From positions 80,199-144,198 of IMG/VR virus record IMGVR_UViG_3300028486_000080: a DNA stretch of 64,000 bases; one strand, written 5' to 3'. The notes beneath the pieces are model-generated. The model did not search any database. It was not told the origin of the DNA and worked only from the letters and a program-made list of their open reading frames with translations. The position numbers and the translations under genes are program-made. Numbering within the stretch: the stretch's first letter is position 1; each line of letters opens with the position of its first letter. Below, in pieces: positions 60,291-64,000 of this stretch. This DNA is from a virus (Duplodnaviria; Heunggongvirae; Uroviricota; Caudoviricetes).

Positions 60291-63200
60291 TCAAGAGGGC
60301 AACTCGGGATATTTCCCTGGCGGGAAGGTGACGAATGTAGGGCGTCCTACTATAGTATCATCATCCGCTATCGCGACTATTGCGAGGTGAACAGGATCGA
60401 CTAGAGGGTCAGATGCCAGGAAAAATGTCGCGTTATGAGGCTCTAGCTCCCCTAGCGGAATCACTTCTATGACGTAAGCCCCATTTTCATCCGCGTCCCA
60501 ATTTTTTTCCTTGACGACGCGCTGCTCAAACGTAGTTAGATCACCAGGGACAGCGAGCAAGAATACGAGGAACGCATTACCCGACCCTGGGATGAAGTCG
60601 TTGACTAGCTCACCACAGTTGTCGATATTATTAACTTCATATGCACGGCGATATTTCCAATCGATGTAGCACGCAAGATCGTCTCCACCCACGATAAATC
60701 TACGCACGTCCCCCGGTCCTGGCGGGCGAACAGAGCCGCCATCCACACTGACATTGAACGACAGGTTGGGGACGCCCGCAGGGAGTGGACGACGATAAAT
60801 GATCTTACCCGGCTCTAGACCAACCGTATAAGTCGGATCGACGGTCATTATCTTAAAGCTCTCAGGCGTGTAGAGATATGCGTGCTCCCCTACCACATGC
60901 TCACGCATGTAGCTCTCAGTCCCATACTGCCCACGGCTAAGAGCGGTGAACTCGACTATTCCTCCGCCCAAGTCATTGAATTGCCCAAATCGGATGTACT
61001 CACGACCGACGATAAGCAACGTATTAGTGGTGAGAAAATCCACCGTCTCTTCGTGGTTGAACGCAATGGTCAGAACGCTGTCGCTATCCGTCAAGAACTG
61101 TTGTGGATAGATGTCTAATGGGGCGACTGTGACCAATCCCGAGTGCAGTGCCTCTGTATGAGCCGCGGAATTATAAAGGGGACTACCAGTCAAGCGGATG
61201 CTGAATGTTGTAGACTCGATCTCACGCTCGGGAGCATCGATGCCGGTGTAAACAACTTGGCTGCCACCCAATGAGCGGGTGACATCCTCGTTGGTAACGT
61301 TGGGAAGGAATAGCGCAACAGGTCGGTATACTGGGTGTTTTGTAGGTCGCACCAACTCGCTGCCGGTAGAAAGCTGCGCGGCATCAAGCGTTACTGAGAT
61401 ATCCATGTTGCTCTTGTCGTACACGGCTCCTTGCACTTGCATAGCGAAGTCTGGTGAAAGAATCGTGGAGCCAACGCGATATGTCTGCCCATTTATGGTC
61501 AAACGATCTTGAGGAACTATCCCAAGCATTTTTGACAATACAGACACACTCACAGTGGAGGCTGACGATATACGGTTAGTCAGCACCTTCTCCAACTTCT
61601 CACGAACGGATACTGGGTTATCTAAAAGCTTGAGAGTGAATAGAAGTTCTCGCACATCGTCTTGGTCAAGGTCGGGATTGAGAGTAGCTGATTGTGTGTC
61701 TTCTATAAGCCCGGTATCGTCGATAGCCACAAATGTAGCAGTCACCGTGTTGACCACAGAAGTTGATGCCTCTCGGCTAGTTTTGAGAGAGTCAGCAATG
61801 ACATCAGTTGACTGATCGGCACTAACTTGGTCAGTGAACGCACTTAGCGATACAACAGTCAAGCGCTGTCCATCATCCACGACAGCGACCTGATATAGCT
61901 CCATCATTTGCGTCATGATACCGGCTAGGTTCGTCTTATAGTCGATCATGAACCCATCAAGATACTGGTCATCGAGAGCGTCGGTATTGAAGATACCGCT
62001 CACACCTGTCTGTGCCGCTAGCGTATCCAGTATTGCTGAAAACGCGAGTCGATTAGGAACCATGCGGTCAAGGAATACTCGTGATAGCCCCTCTGCCGTA
62101 ATATAAAGCAGTGAGCGTGTTCGGCTATCATAATACTGTGCTCCGGTGATGGATGTAACTAGTGAGCCGTAAGTGGTTACCTCACCGGTAGAAAGGGTCA
62201 GCGCGTAAATAGTATCGTCACCATCAGCGAAGTAATGGATGGTGTCCGCAATAACTGTGGCGCTTTCTGCTGGTAGTGACAGCGTTGGAATGGTTCCTCG
62301 CCACACGATTGCAAAGTCGGTGCTGACCTTGGCGGATACTCCATTCGAGAACATGAGCACGAAACTATTGTCTGCGATGTCTCGCACCAGGGAAACAATA
62401 GATGCTCCGGTAAGATCACCAAATACCACGGTATGTGATGTGAACACGTGTGGATCGAGAAGCATATTATCCGCACTTAGGACATCGTAGCGCAGCACTT
62501 TCAGATCAGCGCCATCGATAGCAAACTGCACGTATGATATGAAGTCACCTAGAGCCAGCACTAGTGCTTTCTCTACGGCGTAAGGTGCCGAGGTGGTGTA
62601 AGCTGTTAGAAGCTCAGCCGTCTCGGCGCTGTAGTCAAAGCTCACAACAGCAATGTTGTTTGTTGCGGAATCTGCGATCAATGCTAGCTCGTAGGCTGCG
62701 ACATTGGCATCGTAGTATACCATACTGTCGCTGTAGCTAGCCGGGGCTATGCTCCCAAGAGAAGCCACAACACGATTGCGATATGGATCAACTATATCCC
62801 CATCAGACCAGACATATCCACTCTTTAAGGTGACGAATGGCGCAGCTACATCGGCGCTGTATTTGTGCTCCAGAGTATCGAAATCGTATAGAAAACTTTC
62901 GTCTTCAGAGGCATTTGCTACGTAGGCAATACGCGTTCTCTGATCAACCGTGATGTAAGAGTTGTCAACGGACTCAACGATTGTATCCAACACTGGATCA
63001 GCCGTGTCAGGTGTCGTTGAGAACACCTCGAACCGAAACGAAGGAAAGCTATTTGAGTTGAACAACTGTACATCCACGTCTCGGAAAAGGACGCCAGTGA
63101 TGCCGCGATTAGCGGGCACACGCCCGAAGCCTTCCTCTGTGGCGATATTAGCCTGAACATGCTGAGCCTCGCTGCCACTTATAAATTCCAGTGTGGGGCG

Positions 63201-63992
63201 ATACACAGCTAGACGTTCAAGATTATACTCAGAATCGACGAATGATGCCGCATTTAGATCGATTGATCCATTATTACTTGTTAGAACGGGTGCACCATTC
63301 TCATCTAGTTCTATTGCATTATTGAGGATCAGGATATCATTCATCCACACACGCAAGATTCCCGTCATTGGACCGACGCAAAGTCCAACCAGGAAGTCAA
63401 TCTTAGTGACGATATCAGTGTATTCAGTGACCTTGTTGTCGTTGGTCTGACTGTATGTCACCTCCTCTTCAGTTTCATTACCGATCCAAATGACATTACC
63501 TGCCACAACATAACGCCCAAACACACGCGGAATAACTACGTAGGCGGAGTTTGATGTGAGCTTTGCTATCGTCGGCTCATCAGCATCTTCAACAACTGGA
63601 GCCTCTGGATCAGGGTCAGTTGGCTGGCTGCCAGGATCATCATCATTACCACCACTATGGTGTGTCCCCTTAACACAGCTACGGCACTCACATTCATTGG
63701 CTATACTCGATATACAGTCCCTATAATCACTCTCAGCCGCGTCATCGCACCCATCCGGTATGTACCATCCATGGGCAAGCCCACAATTACCTTCATACAC
63801 CCAGCACTCAAACACCTGCTGATAAAACTGAACGCCACAGTCTTGTGTCTTCTCAAAATAGCATTGAAATAGCTGACGCTTACCCTGCTCCTCTTCACGC
63901 GAGCACTTAGGACCAATGCCTTGTATCGTCCCGTCGTTGTCTTGACACTTTTTTGCATAGTCCCCGCCGCTGGCGTCTATGCCCTCGTACAT
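60291..63992 (-). CDS. giant virion structural protein (tail fibre/host-specificity candidate), N-terminus may extend beyond window
   Basis: 1233+ aa, beta-rich, S/T/V/D/N-rich; Cys-rich N-terminal approx. 110 aa; immediately upstream of the GTA-like tail genes. Confidence 0.55.
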   Translation of the reverse strand: MYEGIDASGGDYAKKCQDNDGTIQGIGPKCSREEEQGKRQLFQCYFEKTQDCGVQFYQQVFECWVYEGNCGLAHGWYIPDGCDDAAESDYRDCISSIANECECRSCVKGTHHSGGNDDDPGSQPTDPDPEAPVVEDADEPTIAKLTSNSAYVVIPRVFGRYVVAGNVIWIGNETEEEVTYSQTNDNKVTEYTDIVTKIDFLVGLCVGPMTGILRVWMNDILILNNAIELDENGAPVLTSNNGSIDLNAASFVDSEYNLERLAVYRPTLEFISGSEAQHVQANIATEEGFGRVPANRGITGVLFRDVDVQLFNSNSFPSFRFEVFSTTPDTADPVLDTIVESVDNSYITVDQRTRIAYVANASEDESFLYDFDTLEHKYSADVAAPFVTLKSGYVWSDGDIVDPYRNRVVASLGSIAPASYSDSMVYYDANVAAYELALIADSATNNIAVVSFDYSAETAELLTAYTTSAPYAVEKALVLALGDFISYVQFAIDGADLKVLRYDVLSADNMLLDPHVFTSHTVVFGDLTGASIVSLVRDIADNSFVLMFSNGVSAKVSTDFAIVWRGTIPTLSLPAESATVIADTIHYFADGDDTIYALTLSTGEVTTYGSLVTSITGAQYYDSRTRSLLYITAEGLSRVFLDRMVPNRLAFSAILDTLAAQTGVSGIFNTDALDDQYLDGFMIDYKTNLAGIMTQMMELYQVAVVDDGQRLTVVSLSAFTDQVSADQSTDVIADSLKTSREASTSVVNTVTATFVAIDDTGLIEDTQSATLNPDLDQDDVRELLFTLKLLDNPVSVREKLEKVLTNRISSASTVSVSVLSKMLGIVPQDRLTINGQTYRVGSTILSPDFAMQVQGAVYDKSNMDISVTLDAAQLSTGSELVRPTKHPVYRPVALFLPNVTNEDVTRSLGGSQVVYTGIDAPEREIESTTFSIRLTGSPLYNSAAHTEALHSGLVTVAPLDIYPQQFLTDSDSVLTIAFNHEETVDFLTTNTLLIVGREYIRFGQFNDLGGGIVEFTALSRGQYGTESYMREHVVGEHAYLYTPESFKIMTVDPTYTVGLEPGKIIYRRPLPAGVPNLSFNVSVDGGSVRPPGPGDVRRFIVGGDDLACYIDWKYRRAYEVNNIDNCGELVNDFIPGSGNAFLVFLLAVPGDLTTFEQRVVKEKNWDADENGAYVIEVIPLGELEPHNATFFLASDPLVDPVHLAIVAIADDDTIVGRPTFVTFPPGKYPELPS

Positions 63993-64000
63993 GTCTTCAA

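Noticed and set aside
1-64000. CRISPR array or other defence systems (RM, TA)
   Set aside because: No regularly spaced direct repeats with unique spacers; the direct repeats seen (9430..9600) are degenerate and unevenly spaced; no methyltransferase or Cas motifs recognised.

Overview
This 64 kb window reads as part of a large (jumbo-class) tailed phage genome with about 55-58% GC. The DUF1153, TadE-like and gene-transfer-agent-like (DUF2460/DUF2163) tail proteins suggest an alphaproteobacterial host; that is inference only.

Layout by coordinate:
- 1-8.3 kb: a minus-strand block of small early genes. Each gene is preceded by a conserved ~65 bp promoter/5'UTR/RBS element (at least 6 copies).
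- 8.8-9.4 kb: an HNH endonuclease.
- 9.8-12 kb: a membrane-protein module containing a 6TM voltage-gated K+ channel homologue (S4 sensor plus TLGTIGYGD selectivity filter).
- 14.7-16.3 kb: terminase large subunit.
- 17.6-22.5 kb: HAD phosphatase, HD-domain 5'-deoxynucleotidase-like protein and an AEP-primase/D5-type SF3 helicase.
- 25.5-29.3 kb: a nucleotide-metabolism module (P-loop dNMP-kinase-like, MazG-like, ThyX-like, class II ribonucleotide reductase), followed by a small winged-helix regulator.
- 31.5-33.3 kb: an SPFH/prohibitin protein and a CAP-domain lipoprotein.
- 33.5-43.1 kb: an auxiliary-metabolism / candidate anti-defence island. It holds a MazG-like protein, PhoH, a macro domain, a metallophosphoesterase, and NadV (nicotinamide phosphoribosyltransferase) plus NadM-Nudix (NMN adenylyltransferase / ADP-ribose pyrophosphatase). 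The last two make a KVP40-type NAD+ salvage pair.
- 37.9-53.4 kb: roughly 33 minus-strand tRNA or tRNA-like genes in seven clusters. HNH, LAGLIDADG and T5orf172-HTH homing-endonuclease-like genes and a Pol-beta-type nucleotidyltransferase are interspersed among them.
- 54.5-56 kb: a lysis cassette (amidase endolysin plus spanin-like membrane proteins).
- 56-64 kb: tail genes, including gene-transfer-agent-like DUF2460 and BR0599/DUF2163 proteins, the latter with inserted carbohydrate-binding-like modules, and a giant structural protein that runs past the window end.

A short 'AACCTTAA' motif recurs 10-40 bp upstream of many start codons and is a candidate phage promoter element. All calls rest on motif recognition by eye; no database searches were run. 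Many small ORFs in the six-frame track are opposite-strand shadows and are not reported.
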